Positions 12,996-26,637 of a stretch of 64,000 nucleotides of DNA are shown in pieces. This DNA comes from Chiloscyllium plagiosum (lineage: Eukaryota): the NCBI RefSeq assembly GCF_004010195.1, contig NC_057752.1, positions 6,150,044 through 6,214,043 of the forward strand, read 5' to 3'. The notes beneath the pieces are model-generated. The model worked only from the letters and a program-made list of their open reading frames with translations, was not told the origin of the DNA and made no database searches. Numbering within the stretch: the stretch's first letter is position 1; the number at the start of each line of letters is the position of its first letter. The translations under genes were made by a program, and so were the position numbers.

Positions 12996-13791
12996 CTGTA
13001 ATTAAGCAGAAATCCATTCATTTCCATGTGGTCAAACAAAGTCAACATTTCGACTTCAAAGAAAAGCAGAACAATCAACAGATAGGAAAGAATTTGGGGT
13101 AATTCCAGAGGCTACTGCACAAAACACAAGGGAGAGGATATGAGGGACTCTGCTCACCCTGACTTGACACACATTAGCCTGGGGTTGCCAGCTGTCAGAG
13201 TTATTAATGGATGCTTCCCCAGGTAGGAGTGACTATACAAATGTTGTTCAAGATAAAATTCAGACAAACCCATTGCTGACCTTAAGAGTTAATATGGAAC
13301 ACTGGAAGCTCCTCCATTGGTTCCCTCTTCACAGAAGTGGGCCATTCAGCTCAACCAGACTATGCTGGTGCTGTGCTCCACACAAGCCTCATCATCTCAC
13401 TTCATCACCATATCCTTCAATTCATTTCTCTTTTATGTGTTTACCAAGCTTCCCCTTAAATGCATCTTTGCTATTCACCTCAACCATTCCCTATAGGACT
13501 TCCACACAGTCATCATTCTGTGGCTAAACAGGCTTCTCCTGAATTCCCTGTTGGATTTATTTAGCGACTATTTTAATATTGATATTGACCTGGTCTGGTC
13601 TCATGCAAAGCTGGAAACATCTTCTCTATGTCCACCCTTTTAAACCCTTTCACAATCTTAAAGGCCTCTGTTAGGTCACTGCTCAGTCTTCTCCTTTCTA
13701 GACAAAAAAAGCCCTAGCTCAGTTGAAACTCTTATCCATGCCTTTGGTACCTCTAAACATGCACCTCTGGATCACCTCTCATATTCCATTC

Positions 13792-14021
13792 GGAGAAAGT
13801 GAGGACTGCAGATGCTGGAAATCAGAGCCGAAGTGTGGTGCTGGAAAAACACAGCTGGTCAGGCAGCATCCGAGGAGCAGGAGAGTCAACACTTCAGGCA
13901 TAAGCCCTTCATTAGGAATGAGGCCTCATTCCTAATGAAGGGCTTATGCCCAAAACATTGACTCCCCTGCTCCTTGGATGCTGCTTGACCAGTTGTGTTT
14001 TTCCAGTGCCACACTATTCAA
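13792..14021. mobile_element. Palindromic Penelope-type insertion, family P1 (decayed)
   Basis: Inverted repeat centred on gaatgaggcctcattc (~13916-13931); near-TSD ctctcatattccattc / ctctcatcttccatcc. Confidence 0.8.
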
Positions 14022-14552
14022 CTCTCATCTTCCATCCTCAATACATTGACATCTGCTTGACAAGCTGCCAAAATCTGCTGTACACCAAAAGCAGGACAAA
14101 TCCAACTTGGCCAATACTTCATCAGTCTATTCTCAATCATCAGTAAAGTGATGGAAGTTGTTATCAACAGTGCTATCAAGAAACACATGCTTAGCAATAA
14201 CCTACTCACTGATGCTCAGTTTGGGTTCCACCAGGGCCATTCAAGTCCTGACCTTATTACAGTCTTAGTCCAAACATAGACAAAAGAGCTGAATTCCAGA
14301 TGTGAGGTGAGAGAGGGAGCCCTTGACTTCATAGTGTTATCAGGGAAAGAGTTCCAGCATTTTTGCCTCAGTGACCCTGAAGGAATTGTAATGTAGTTCC
14401 AAGTCAGAATGGTGAGTAACTTGGAGGAGAACTTGCAGGTGGTGGTATTCCTATCCATTTGCTGTCCTTGACCTTTAAATGGAGGAGGTCACAGATTTGG
14501 AAGATGCTGTGAAAGGAAAGTTGGTGAGTTGCTGCATTGCATCTTGTAGATG

Positions 14553-14753
14553 TGATTTGGAGGTGCCAGTGTTGGACTGGGGTGGACAAAATTAAAAATC
14601 ATGCAACACCAGGTTATAGTCCAACTGGTTTATTTGGAAGCACTAGATTTCAGAGCACTGATCCTTCATCTGATGAAGGAGCAGTGCTCCAAAAGCTAGT
14701 ACGTCCAAATAAACTGGTTGGACTATAATCTGGTGTTATGTGATTTTTAATTT
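14553..14753. mobile_element. Palindromic Penelope-type insertion, family P2
   Basis: Arms meet at cttcatctgatgaag; TSD catcttgtagatg at 14540-14552 and 14754-14766. Confidence 0.85.
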
Positions 14754-15069
14754 CATCTTGTAGATGGTAGACAATGCTGCTACTTTTTGTAGTGGCAGTG
14801 ACTGTTTAAGGTGGTGAAAGTGGTGGCAATCAAGTGCGCCACTTTGTCCTAGATGATGTCAGGTTTCTTGAGTGTTGTTGGAGCAGTGGGGAGTATTCCT
14901 CACACTCCTGACTTTTGCCTTGTCGATGGTGAACAGACTTTGAGGAGACAGAAAGTGAGTTGTTCACCACAGAACTCCTAGCCTCTGACCTACTCTTGCA
15001 GCAACAATACAGTCCAGTTGAGTTTCTGCTCAATGGTAATCTGCAGGATGTTGACAGTAGCAGATTCAG

Positions 15070-15516
15070 TTGAAACTTTATTGCTGGAACAGCACAGCAG
15101 GTCAGGCAGCATCCAGGGAACAGGAGATTCGACGTTTCGGGCACAGGCCCTTCCTCAGGAATGAGCAGAGAGTGTTCAGCAGGAGAAGATAAAAGGTAGG
15201 GAGGAGGGACTTGGAGGAGGGGAGTTGGAAATGTGATAGGTGGAAAGAGGTCAAGGTGAGGGTGATAGGTCGGAGTAGGATGGAGGCGGAGAGGTCAAGA
15301 AGAAGACTGCAGGTCAGGAAGGCGGTGCCGGGCTGGAGGGATCCGGCTGAGACAAGGTGGGGGGAGGGGGGATGAAGAAACTGGTGAAGTCCAAGAGGAA
15401 GGGCCTGTGCCCGAAACGTCGAATCTCCTGTTCCCTGGATGCTGCCTGACCTGCTGTGCTGTTCCAGCAATAAAGTTTCAACTTTGATCTCCAGCATCTG
15501 CAGACCTCACTTTCTC
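15070..15516. mobile_element. Penelope-type insertion, family P1 (young): inverted termini around a 3' region
   Basis: Perfectly complementary arms; the inner minus strand reads ..DFTSF (GIY-YIG ORF end) followed by a pyrimidine-rich 3'UTR; TSD cagtagcagattcag at 15055-15069 and 15517-15531. Confidence 0.88.
15131..15158 (-). ncRNA. Minimal type-I hammerhead ribozyme motif (Penelope-associated)
   Basis: auuc-CUGAGGA-a-gggc(cugu)gccc-GAAA-CG-UC-gaau: full core, 4-bp stems I and II, palindromic ACGU in place of stem III. Confidence 0.75.
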
Positions 15517-18500
15517 CAGTAGCAGATTCAGCAATGGCAACGTCACTGAACATTGAGAGGAGAAAGTTAGGATTCTCATCTATTGGAGATGGTTATTACA
15601 TGATACCTGTGTGGTGAGAACATTACTTTCTTCCCTAAACCTTTTCACTTTTCTATCCCCCTTTCAAACCTTGCTTAAAATAGCCTGTTTGATCAAGCTT
15701 TAGATCATCTGTCCCTAACGTCTCCTTTCTTGGCTCAGGACCAAGTTCTGTTTGATAATTGTCCCTGCGAAGCACCCTTGGTACATTAATGGTGCTATAT
15801 AAATGCAAGTTGTTGTTGTTGGCTGAGATGACGGTATGGGCTCTTGCAACTTTCTGGAGTTCAGAGAGAAGAACATCAGCCAGACTTCCCTTTCTTTGAG
15901 ACAAGCCAACCACATGCTACAAGTTTGGGCTTAACAAGTCAGCCTCACTCACCCTGTACGATGGTCAAAAAGCACACTGACACTCATTGCAAAGTTAACA
16001 TAGGCAATCAGTCAATTGTATGAGGAACCAATGGAGTCAGTGTCTTTAGCAGAGAGCTAATGGAAAAGAATGTGAAGAGGTGGGGCGTGGGATGAAATTT
16101 GCAAACAAGCAGATTAAATATGAATAAATACAATTAGAACAAAATTGTTCAGGTCAGAGTCTGGGAAAATGGAAAATCCTTATTGTATGTTGTTTTTGGA
16201 CAGGGAGAACTTTACCCATGGGCTGTGTAACTAAGAGGTTAACTGCATCAAGAGCAAAATGTGAGTGAAACATTAAACACACAAAGTCTGCCTGTAGTCC
16301 AACAAATGATGTGATAACTGCTGGAGTAAATGTTTGCACAGGTCCAAAGCCAAAACAAGAACCATTTGAAACTTTGATTTGGAAGGAATGTTGGCCTAGA
16401 AGAAATGGGTCGAATGGCTTCCTGCTTTATTGTAATGACTCTATGAGGATTGAAAGGAGTAAGTGCAGGATGCTCCTCAGTGCAATAGTTCACATGCATT
16501 CCCATTATCGAGGCCATATGACTGACAATCCTGTTTTCAGTTTTACTTACATCTAACCCAGCAAGTTGCTTTACAATTTGTGAGTATATTTCAGTCCTTT
16601 AAGAGGAAATTTTAGAAGTTCAGGAGAGAGGAAAACGTGAAGCAACAGTGACTTTGTGGGTTAGCTATGTTTACATGGTGATGGCTATCCTTTGATTTCC
16701 TTATGGAGTCGAACAGAAATCTTTCACGAGTGAAACTGACAACTACAGATGGAACCTCATTGGCATCTGAGCAACATGGTATATGGCGAGATTAGTGGTA
16801 GAATCGGATAAGACATCCAATGAGACCTGTCTCAATGTCAGGAGCATCTTGCTGCATTTTTTATGCTTTTGATGAGTGGTGAGATTAGTTTCTTGCTAGG
16901 CAGCAGTGAGTTGCTAATTAAGGTAGTTTGTAGTTTGTTAAACACCTTGTTAATGGCACAATTCGCCTCATTAATATTGAGCTTCTGTATCTTACCAAAT
17001 CTGCCAAACAAGCTAGATGTCAAGAAATCTTGATATGGAAGTCACAGTGGGTACCTGATGGCTTCAGCTCATTGCTGGCTGTGAGCCTTCATGTTGCTCA
17101 GCATTAAATAGCATCTCAGGGTTTGATCCATAGGCACCAGCCACGCGCACCCCTTGTCCAGAGACATTGCATCTGACATTTGCCACCCTTTGTGATTGTC
17201 ATGCCACCTCACTGATATGCTTGCAGGATGCTTAAGAAGCATGGGCCCACATTGCAGGGTGCACTGGCAACTAGTATTGAAAGGCTACGGCAAGTACACT
17301 TTGTACACAAGGACAGGCACTTCGCTCACAGACTGGACAGGTTGCATCTCATGGCTGCACATTTGTTTCTTTTTTAATGCTTGCTTGCTTGGTGCCTACC
17401 TGCAAGCTCGCATTATCCAGGCGATGTCTTGCCAATTAGCACAGTCACATAGCCAGGCAGCTTGCTTTGCTGTCAGCAGTCCTCAGTCAAAGGGGTGTGT
17501 ACACCAGTGTGTTGCATCGATCACACACCTGCACATTTGCCAGCAACGTATGTGGCAAACTCACACTATGTGCAGCAAACATATCTGAAGTCTTAGGACA
17601 ATAGTCGACACTGAAGTCCATGGAGGCACCCATCAGTCAGGGAGTTCGAGCAAAGTACATTAAAGACAGTCACCAATACTTGTCAAGCAACTGATTGAGG
17701 TGTTCCTGGTCAGATAATCTCTGCTTCTGCAGTGCGGGGAATGGGTCTCAATGTGTGGCTCCATAGCAACCAGTCTGGGGGTTAGGCCAGGCTGAATTTC
17801 AAGCCACCAGTCAGGGAACTGGGCATTTTTTGTCTGGGGCTCTCTGGTCAGGTTGATCAAGGCAGTGGGTCATGGTCAGTGTGATGGATGGATCCACAGA
17901 AACCAAGGGAAGGGATGTCGGGGGAGGAAAGGGCGATTGCTATTACAGGCTTGAGACTTGGGAACCTAATCTTTGGGATTGGGGCTGCAGAATTTTGTTT
18001 TAGGAGAGGGGGTGAGGGAGAATGACAATTGTGAAAGGGACAACAGTATTAGCAAGGGTGGGAATATGATATAGTTGAGGTGGGGGGTCATGAGTATCCG
18101 CCTTGGGACGGGACATTGTATGAACCACATGGGGCACGATTACCTCATTGGCTATGGGGGCTTGGGGGCAGGGAGTTAGCAGAGGTGAGCTGGCGAAGAC
18201 TCATGTGGATAGAGTGGGTGGGGACTTTGGGAGATCACAGGAAAATCTATGAAGAAAGGGATTTGAAAGTTGATGACCTCACAGACACACAAATGTGGAG
18301 GCTGGAAGCCACTGGCAGAGGTGTACTCACTAGCGCCTTCCATTGTGCTGGAAATCAAAAGTGTGCAATGGGACCACACCCGAAGTGGGCATGGTAAGTG
18401 ACTCGGCCTGTGAGGGAGGGGACTGCAGTACCTACCAATGTCAGGGCCCCTTAGAGGCTAATAAAATTATACACAGCATAGGACACACAGACCTATAAGT

Positions 18501-19859
18501 CCACAATCTCTTGGCCATCCTAGTGCATTGCTCCCTGTTTGCCAGGTACCCTTAGACATCACTGACCACTTCATTCACACCAACACCTTTGGACACAGAG
18601 GCCAGGCAAAGAATAGGGACATTACAGTATGAGGGGCAATTGTCTCAGCAATTGCTGGTTCCTCTTGCTTCCACATGTTGCAGCAGGGCCTCAACACAGA
18701 CATCAATTCATCGTACATCATGTGTGAGCATGGCGTTAGGCATCATGCTGGCACAGTTACATTCAAGAATATTATAGAAAGTCAAAATAACAGATACAAG
18801 GTCCAACCAGGGTTCTTTATAGACACATGACAAATAATGTACCATGCATTGTCACCTGTGTCACCAAAGTTCCATCAATAGGTTTCCTTCTTTCTCTCTT
18901 CCCAATATGTCTCAGTGTAGTCCCTGGTTAAACAGCTGGGGTGGAGCCTGTTGGCCCTGGAGGTTTGGTTGGGTGACCCTGGGGGCGTTTGAGTCTGGAC
19001 AGCCCTGACATGCTAAGGGTCCTCTTGGCAGAGGCTGCAACTTCCAAGGGTTGAAGGAGGTAAGACAGGATGGAGGTGAAGGGTCCAGCCACCTCTGGAC
19101 TTCTTTGAGTGGTACCTGTGTATGGTTGCTCCGCTGGCTAGGTGCCATCTGGCACTGCCCTGTCTCAATTGAGGAAGTGTGTGTGAGCCTGCTTCCCCAC
19201 CCTGTTGCCATGCTTTCAGCCCTGATGACCATTAGCTGTAGTGATGGGAGGGCAGGTTTGTGCATCCCTCCAGCAGACTCTGAGGGTTTTGAACCTGGTT
19301 CTGATCGGCAGAATCCAAACTGTCCAGAGGCAACCAGATGCTCATATAACTCACTTGCTCAGCCTTGTGGCAAGAGTCCTTTCAAAAAACTCAAAGCAGT
19401 TCCCACTTAGCCAAAAAAAGTAAGATTCAGTCTACATTTTGTTAATTTATTGCCCTTGGGGAATCATTACCAGCCATTGCATAGGATATCCAGAATTTGG
19501 CCTATGTCAGTGTTATTTTTCCTTCACCTACAGCTTGGGCATTGCTGACAAGTCCAGCATTTGTTTCCCATCCTAGTTGTCCTTAAGAAGATGGTGATGA
19601 GCCACTCTCTTGGATTCAACAGCCAAGAGTCAAACACAATGTTCTGAGTCTAGAGTCACATGTAGGTGAGACTGGGCAGGGACAGCAAACTTCCTTCACG
19701 TATGTTTTTAAAACCAGATATGTTTTTAACAATAATCCAGTCATTTCAAGAAATTGGGAAAATTCATCAGTTTCACTTTCAATTTCTATCCTTTCTCACT
19801 TTCACCTGGTCCATTTCTGACTCTTCACTTGCCTGCCTTGACTTCATTGTTTCCATTTC

Positions 19860-21325
19860 TCAGGATAAGGTATCCATCAATATCCATTAAAAACTCATCG
19901 ACTCCACCACCTCACACCCTGCTTTCTGTGAGGACTCCATTCCATTCTCCCAGTTTCTCCATTGCCACTGTGTCTGTTCTGATGCTGCCACCTTCTACTG
20001 GGCTGCCTCGGACACATCCTCTTTCTTTCCTTCAACCAAGCAACTCCCTGGCATTGTGGTTGACAGGGCCTTCCATTGTGTCCAAACCATCTGCCCTCAC
20101 CTGTTTACCTCCTTCCCAGAACACTTGTCCTTACTTTTCACCCGACCAGTTTCCACATTCAAAGGATCATCACCACTATTTCCACCACCTCCAAACACAT
20201 CTTCCCCTCCCCTCCATGATTAGAATTCTTCAGGGACCATTCGTGGGTGGCACGGTGGCACAGTGGTTAGCACTGCTGCCTCACAGCGCCTGAGACCCGG
20301 GTTCAATTCCCGCCTCAGGCGACTGACTGTGTGGAGTTTGCACGTTCTCCCCGTGTCTGCGTGGGTTTCCTCCGGGTGCTCCGGTTTCCTCCCACAATCC
20401 AAAGATGTGCAGGTCAGGTGAATTGGCCATGTTAAATTGCCCGTAGTGTTAGATAAGGGGTAAATGTAGGGGTATGGGTGGGTTGCGCTTCGGCGGGTCG
20501 GTGTGGACTTGTTGGGCCGAAGGGCCTGTTTCCACACTGTAATGTAATCTAATCATTCCCTCTTTAACACTCTGGCCCACTCCTCCATCACTCCTAATGA
20601 TTCCTCACTCCTCCGTGGCACTTTTCCATGTAATTGCAGAAGGTGTAACACATGCCCATTCACCACCTCCCTCCATGGCCCCAAACACACCTTCCAAATT
20701 TGTACTTCTTTCAATCTAGTCTATTGCATTCCCTGCTTACTATGTGGTGTCCTTTATGTCGCTAGACCAAACGCAGACTGGGTAAATGCTTTGTGGACCA
20801 CCTCCATTCTGTCTGTAGGAATGGCCCCAGCCTCCCAGCTGCTTCCTATTTCAATAAACCACCTTGCTCTCAAGCTAACATTTCTGTCCTGGCCCTGCTA
20901 CCATGTTCCTACGAAGCACAGCGCAAGCTCAACGAACAACATGTCATTTTCCACTTGGGCACTTCACAGCCTGGAAGGGTCAATGTTGAATTCAATACCT
21001 TCAGAAACTGACTACATTATGTCTGTTTGCCATTTTTCTTAGTCTCTTTTCCCCCCCATTTTCCCCCACAGTCATTTTGTGTTTACTTTGCGCTTAGTAG
21101 CAAAGACTCATTCTCTCCCCTTCATGTCTTAATCTACATCCTTTTTACATCTCTTTCTTTTCTTTCTCCACCACTGATAACCTCTCTGTCTTTTGCACTG
21201 GGCCTCTATACCATTTGCCCTCCTGCTTTGCCTCTGCCTCTATCAATGTATAAAAAAGAACTTATTTTCCAACACCTCTCAATCCTGAAACAGTCATACC
21301 AGACTTGAAATGTTAATTCCATTTC
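19860..21325 (+). mobile_element. Penelope-like element 3' remnant (RT end, zinc knuckle, GIY-YIG endonuclease, 3'UTR), interrupted by an HE1 SINE
   Basis: GTFPCNCRRCNTCP; CTSFNLVYCIPCLLCGVLYV; RKLNEQHVIFHLGTSQPGRVNVEF (ORF 20793-21011); decayed hammerhead-like end near 21285-21315. Confidence 0.85.
20243..20554 (+). mobile_element. HE1-type V-SINE, full length, young (CpG-rich)
   Basis: ggcacggtggcacagtggttagc...ggttcaattcc...gggcctgtttccacactgtaatgtaatctaat. Confidence 0.92.
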
Positions 21326-23571
21326 TCCCCAAAGATGCAAACAACAGGGCCTTGTGCATTAACATATGTAGTTTCCAGTACACATAAGTGCACCATACTG
21401 CAAGCCCAAACAACAATCCTAAAATGGTTGCAAGCATGACTCTTCAATACACTCAAGTTTATCTCATAAATGTTGGCCAATTGCAGAATCACATCTAATG
21501 TTAAGACACTACATTGCGAGTTTTGCAAGGGCAGGCTGGTTGGACATGGTCAGGACCCATTTGTTGTGAACAGCTGAAGTTACACGTGATTTGCTACAAT
21601 CAGCCAATGTTTAGGATGAAAGGCTTAGGTATCTGGCATCACAGCAGCACTTAAATTCATATACCAGATTGCTCATTTGTGAGACAGACAGAATGTCTTT
21701 TTCCTGGACAGCAGCATCCTGTCAATGGTGAACACCATTCATGTTCCGACTGTACTTCACCTGTTGCTCAAAACTTTGAGATACTTTACCGAAGTAGACT
21801 GGATACTTTTCCAGACCAAGAGTGACTGCCTTATGACTTTTCATAAGTTTGCACAACCTACAGCAAGAAGTGCCCTGATCAGGGGAACCATTAGTCAACA
21901 GGGTGGCTTTGATCTGCCCTATTTCAGCATCAAGCTTGCACAGTGAACAAATGGCTCGGGCCCTATTTATGAGGTTGCCACTAAGGTCAATCTTATCGTG
22001 TATTCAACTGTAGGAATCCCAATGTGTACACCGATCAGTGAAGGTTGATTGGCAGTTTGAGTAGTACTCAGCCCCTGGCCGATTTCTCAAGTAGGACATC
22101 AAGGAAGGGGAATTCATTTAAACTGATCCATTTCAAATGTGGATTTGATGCTGGATGGAACATATAAATTCTTACGTGCAGCTGTAGATGCTAGTGTAGC
22201 AAATGTATCATATACATATTGGAAGTATGCAAAGGGTCTGAGGCAGATTTGGCAGTTAACTGTTAATCAGCAATAACCAAACCACACTTCTATTATTCAG
22301 AGTTCACTTGTCAACCAATCAGCATTTTCCTCTCATGCAGTACAAATGTTGGTTTCTCCCCCTTGAAATGGTATTCTTGCAAATTGTCTTGATAAATGCA
22401 AGACAAAAATATTCATTACAATGTACCTTTCCTCAGCAATATTTGAATCTGAATTCCCCCATGTGCCATAGTGGGATCTGAATTCCTGTACCTCTTACTT
22501 TCTAGTCCAGTAACATAACCACGATGCTAAGATATCATTACTGCAACAGCAAGCACACTTCAAAACAGTAATTAATTGGTAATAAAGTACTTCGGGACAT
22601 TATGAGGTTTTGAAAGGCACCATAAAATGCAAATCTTTGACACGTATGTGGATTTGGGACAGATCGCCATGGCAACTTGCCTTCATTCCTGAGGCTCAAC
22701 TGCACAAATCAGAGTGTTTGCAGGGAAATTCTAATTCCAGATTGCAGAGGCTGATTTAGATCACACCCTGATCACACTCTGATGAATATCAGGTCGAAAG
22801 TGAAAGCTGGGCCTGTTTGGTATCCAGCTGAGAATTTAGATTCCAGACAAACATACAGCTGTTTCATGGCCCCACTGAATCTCTCTGCTGCTGGATCAGT
22901 GTGAAGAGTTCAGCTATTTCCTGATCTAATTACTTGCGAAGTGGCTTGGGCCGATGTTAACACTGGCTGGGGCAAGGAGTCTCATTTGCCTCCCTGCTGT
23001 ACACTTTTGGCCTGCTGGCATGTTTTCACAGGAGTTTGATACTACACTCTACACACTCTGACTATGGGAGAGACAACTGTAAACAGCGGAGACATTGAAT
23101 TCAGACAAAATATCAAATACTTCAATAGAATTGCACAGACCTTATAAAAAATAAAATAAAATTGAGAATCCTTGGGGATGGGAAATAAGAGAGAAAGTGA
23201 GCTAAAGCTCTACTTGAACCCAAAATGATACTGAATCTATAATGGCTTATAGTGCAGAAAAAAGCTATTTAGCACTTGGTGAAGTCCTTTGTGCAGTTTT
23301 GGTCTCCTTACACAAAGAAGTATATACATGCTCCACAGAGAGCTCTGAAGGATCACGAGACTGGTTGCTGGGCTGAGGAATGCCTTTGAGAAAGGCTTGA
23401 GTAGGCTCGAAAATGTAGAAGAATGAGAGCTGATCTAGATCAGATATTGAAAAGACATTTCTCCTTGTGGGAGAGCCCAGCACCAAAGGACACAGTGTAA
23501 AAGTAATCAGCTGCCTATTTAAGAGTATTTAGGAGTATTTGTTTTCTCTCAGAAGGTTGAGAGTTTTTAGA

Positions 23572-26500
23572 ATACAGAACATTCCAGCGCAGCACAGCCC
23601 TTTGGCCCTCGATGTTGCATCGACCTGTGAAACCAATCTGAAGCCTATCTAACATACACTATTCCATTTTCATCCATATGTTTATCCAATTACCATTTAA
23701 ATGCCCCTAAAGTTGGTGAGTCTACTACTGTTGCAGGCAGTGCGTCCCACACTCAATTAAGTCACCTCTCAACCTTCTTCTCTCTAACGAAAACAGCCTC
23801 AAGTCCCTCAGCCTTTCCTCCATACCAGGCAACATCCTAGTAAATCTCCTCTAAACTCATTCCAAAGCTTCCACATCTTTCCTATAATGCAGTGACCAGA
23901 ACTGTGTGCAATACTCCAATGCAGCCGCACCAGAGTTTTGCACAGCTGCAACATGACCTCATGGTTCCGAAACTCAATCCCTCTACCAATATCCGCCTAC
24001 CAATAAAAGCTAACACACCATATGCTTTCTTAACAACCCTATCAACCTGGGTGGCAACTTTCAAGGATCTATGTACCTGGACACTGGGATCTCTCTGCTC
24101 ATCTACACTATCAAGAATCTTACCATTAGCCCAGTACTCTGCATTTCTGTTCCTTCTTCCAAGGTAAATCATTTCACACTTATCCACATTAAACCCCATT
24201 TGCCACCTCTCTGCAGCTTATCTATGTCCCTCTGTAACCTGCAACATCCTTCGTCACTATCCACAACTCTACCAACCTGAGTGTCATTCGCAAATTTACT
24301 AACCCATCCTTCTATGCCCTCATCCAGGTCATTTATAAAAATGACAAACAGCAGTAGACCCAAAACAGATCCTTGTGGTACACCATTAAGAACTGAACTC
24401 CAGGATGAACATTTCCCATCAACCACCACCCTCTGTCTTCTTTCAGCTAGCCAATTTCTGATCCAAACCACTAAATCACCGTCAATCCCATGCCTCCGTA
24501 TTTTGTGCAATAGCCTACCGTGGGGAACTTTATCAAACACCTTACTGAAATCCATATACACCACATCAACCACTTTACCCTCATCCACCTGTTTAGTCGC
24601 CTTCTCAAAGAACTCAATAAGGTTTGTGAGCCACAACCTACCCTTCACAAAACCGTGTTGACTATCCCTAATCAACTTATCCCTTTCTAGATGATTAGAA
24701 ATCCTCCAATTCTTTCCAACATTTACCCATGACTGAAGTAAGGCTCACTGGTCTATAATTACCAGGGTTGTCTCTACTCACCTTCTTGAACAAGGGAACA
24801 ACATTTGCTATCCTCCAGTCTTCTGGCACTATTCCTGTAGACAATGATGACATAAAGATCAAAGCCAAAGGCTTGGCAATCTCCTCCCTGGCTTCCCAGC
24901 GAATTATAGGAAAAATCCCATCCGGCCCAGGGACTTATCTATTTTTACACTTTCCAGAATTGCTAACACCTTCTCTTTGTGAACCTTAGTCCCGTTGAAT
25001 CTAGTAGCCTGTATCTCCATGTTTTCTTCAACAACATTGTCTTTCTCTAGTGTGAATGCTGACAAAAAGTATTCATTTAGCACTTCCCCATCTCCTCTGA
25101 CTCCATGTACAACCTTCCACTACTATCCTTGATTGGCCCTAATCTTACTCTAGTCATTCTTTTATTCCTGGTATATCAATAGAAAGTCTTAGGGTTTTCC
25201 TTAATCCTAACCACCAACGACTTCTCATATCCCCATGTGGCTCTTCTTTGCTCTCTCTTTAGCTCTCTTTCTCTGGCTAACTTGTAACTCTCAAGCACCC
25301 TAACTGAGTCATCACATCTCATCCTAACATAAGCCTTCTTCTTCCTCTTGACAAGAGATTCTACTTCCTTAGTAAACTACAGCTCCCGTGCTCGACAACT
25401 TCCTCCCTGCCTGACAGTACATACTTGTAAAGGATCCGCAGTAGCTATTTTAGTCATAGAGATGTACAGCATGGAAACAGACCCTTCGGTCCAACCCGTC
25501 CATGCCGACCAGATATCCCAACCCAATCTAGTCCCACCTGCCAGCACTCGGCCCATATCCCTCCAAACCCTTCCTATTCATATACCCATCCAAATACCTC
25601 TTAAATGTTGCAATTGTACCAGCCTCCACTACTTCCTCTGGCAGCTCACTCCATACACGTACCACCCTCTGCGTGAAAAAGTTGCCCCTTAGGTCTCTTT
25701 TATATCTTTCCCCTCTCACCCTTAAACTATGCCCTCTAGTTCTGGACTCCCCGATCCCAGGGAAAAGACTTTGTCCAATAATCCTATCCATGCCCCTCAT
25801 AATTTTGTAAACCTCTATAAGGTCACCCCTCAGCTGCCGACGCTCCAGGGAAAACAGCCCCAGCCTGTTCAGCCTCTCCCTGTAGCTCAGATGCTCTAAC
25901 CCTGTCAACATCCTTGTAGATCTTCTCTGAACCCTTTCAAGTTTCACAACATCTTTCCGATAGGAAGGAGACCAGAATTGCACGCAATATTCCAACAGTG
26001 GCCTGACCAATGTCCTGTACAGCCGCAACATGACCTCCCAAACTCCTATACTCAATACTCTGACCAATAAAGGAAAGCATACCAAACGCCTTCTTCACTA
26101 TCGTATCTACCTGTGACTCCATGTTCAAGGAGCTATGAATCTGCACTGCAAGGTCTCTTTGTTCAGCAACAGTCCCTAGTGTATAAGTCCTGCTAAGATT
26201 TGCTTTCCCAAAATGCAGCACCTCACATTTATCTGAATTAAACTCCATCTGTCACTTCTCAGCCCATTGGCCCATCTGGTCCAGATCCTGTTGTAATCTG
26301 AGGTAATCCTCTTCACTGTCCACTACACCTCCAATTATTCCTTGAATAAGCTCCACATTTCAATTGTGTCCATCCCCTGCAGTTTCCCTCCCCATCCTAT
26401 GCATCCTAAATCTTGCCTGATCACATTGTAATTACCTTTCCCCCAGCTATAACTCTTGTCCTGCGGTATATACCTATCCCTTTCCATCGCTAAAGTAAAC

Positions 26501-26637
26501 ATAACCGATTGTGGTCACTATCACCAAAGTGCTCACCTACCTCCAAATCCAGCACCTGGCCTGGTTCATTACCCAGTACCAAATCCAATGTGGCCTCGCC
26601 TCTTGTTGGCCTGCCTACATACTGTGTCAGGATGCCC
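23572..26637 (-). mobile_element. CR1 LINE ORF2 ~2.2-kb fragment (subfamily A), inserted in an older plus-strand CR1 and containing a nested CR1
   Basis: ORF 24169-24675: SQHGFVKGR, YMDFSKVFDKVPH, GVPQGSVLG, SKFAND; host CR1 at ~23220-23570 resumes at ~26638-26830. Confidence 0.9.
25450..26335 (-). mobile_element. Nested young CR1 3' fragment
   Basis: ORF 25528-26085: LYRTLVRPLLEYCVQFWSP...LRGDLIEVYKIM; same tail as 546-1440. Confidence 0.92.

Noticed and set aside
13931..13960. Hammerhead cores in decayed copies (13931, 14670, 46373, 52065, 57600; truncated at 9392)
   Set aside because: Core nucleotides are mutated or missing (for example CTAATGA, CAAAA, or loss of the palindrome), so they are not called as ribozymes
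20243..20320. tRNA-like A/B boxes (also at 1860, 45240, 29814 and 54584)
   Set aside because: These are SINE heads continuing into SINE bodies and tails, not tRNA genes
22663..22676. RFX X-box-like atcgccatggcaac
   Set aside because: A single imperfect motif with no supporting context
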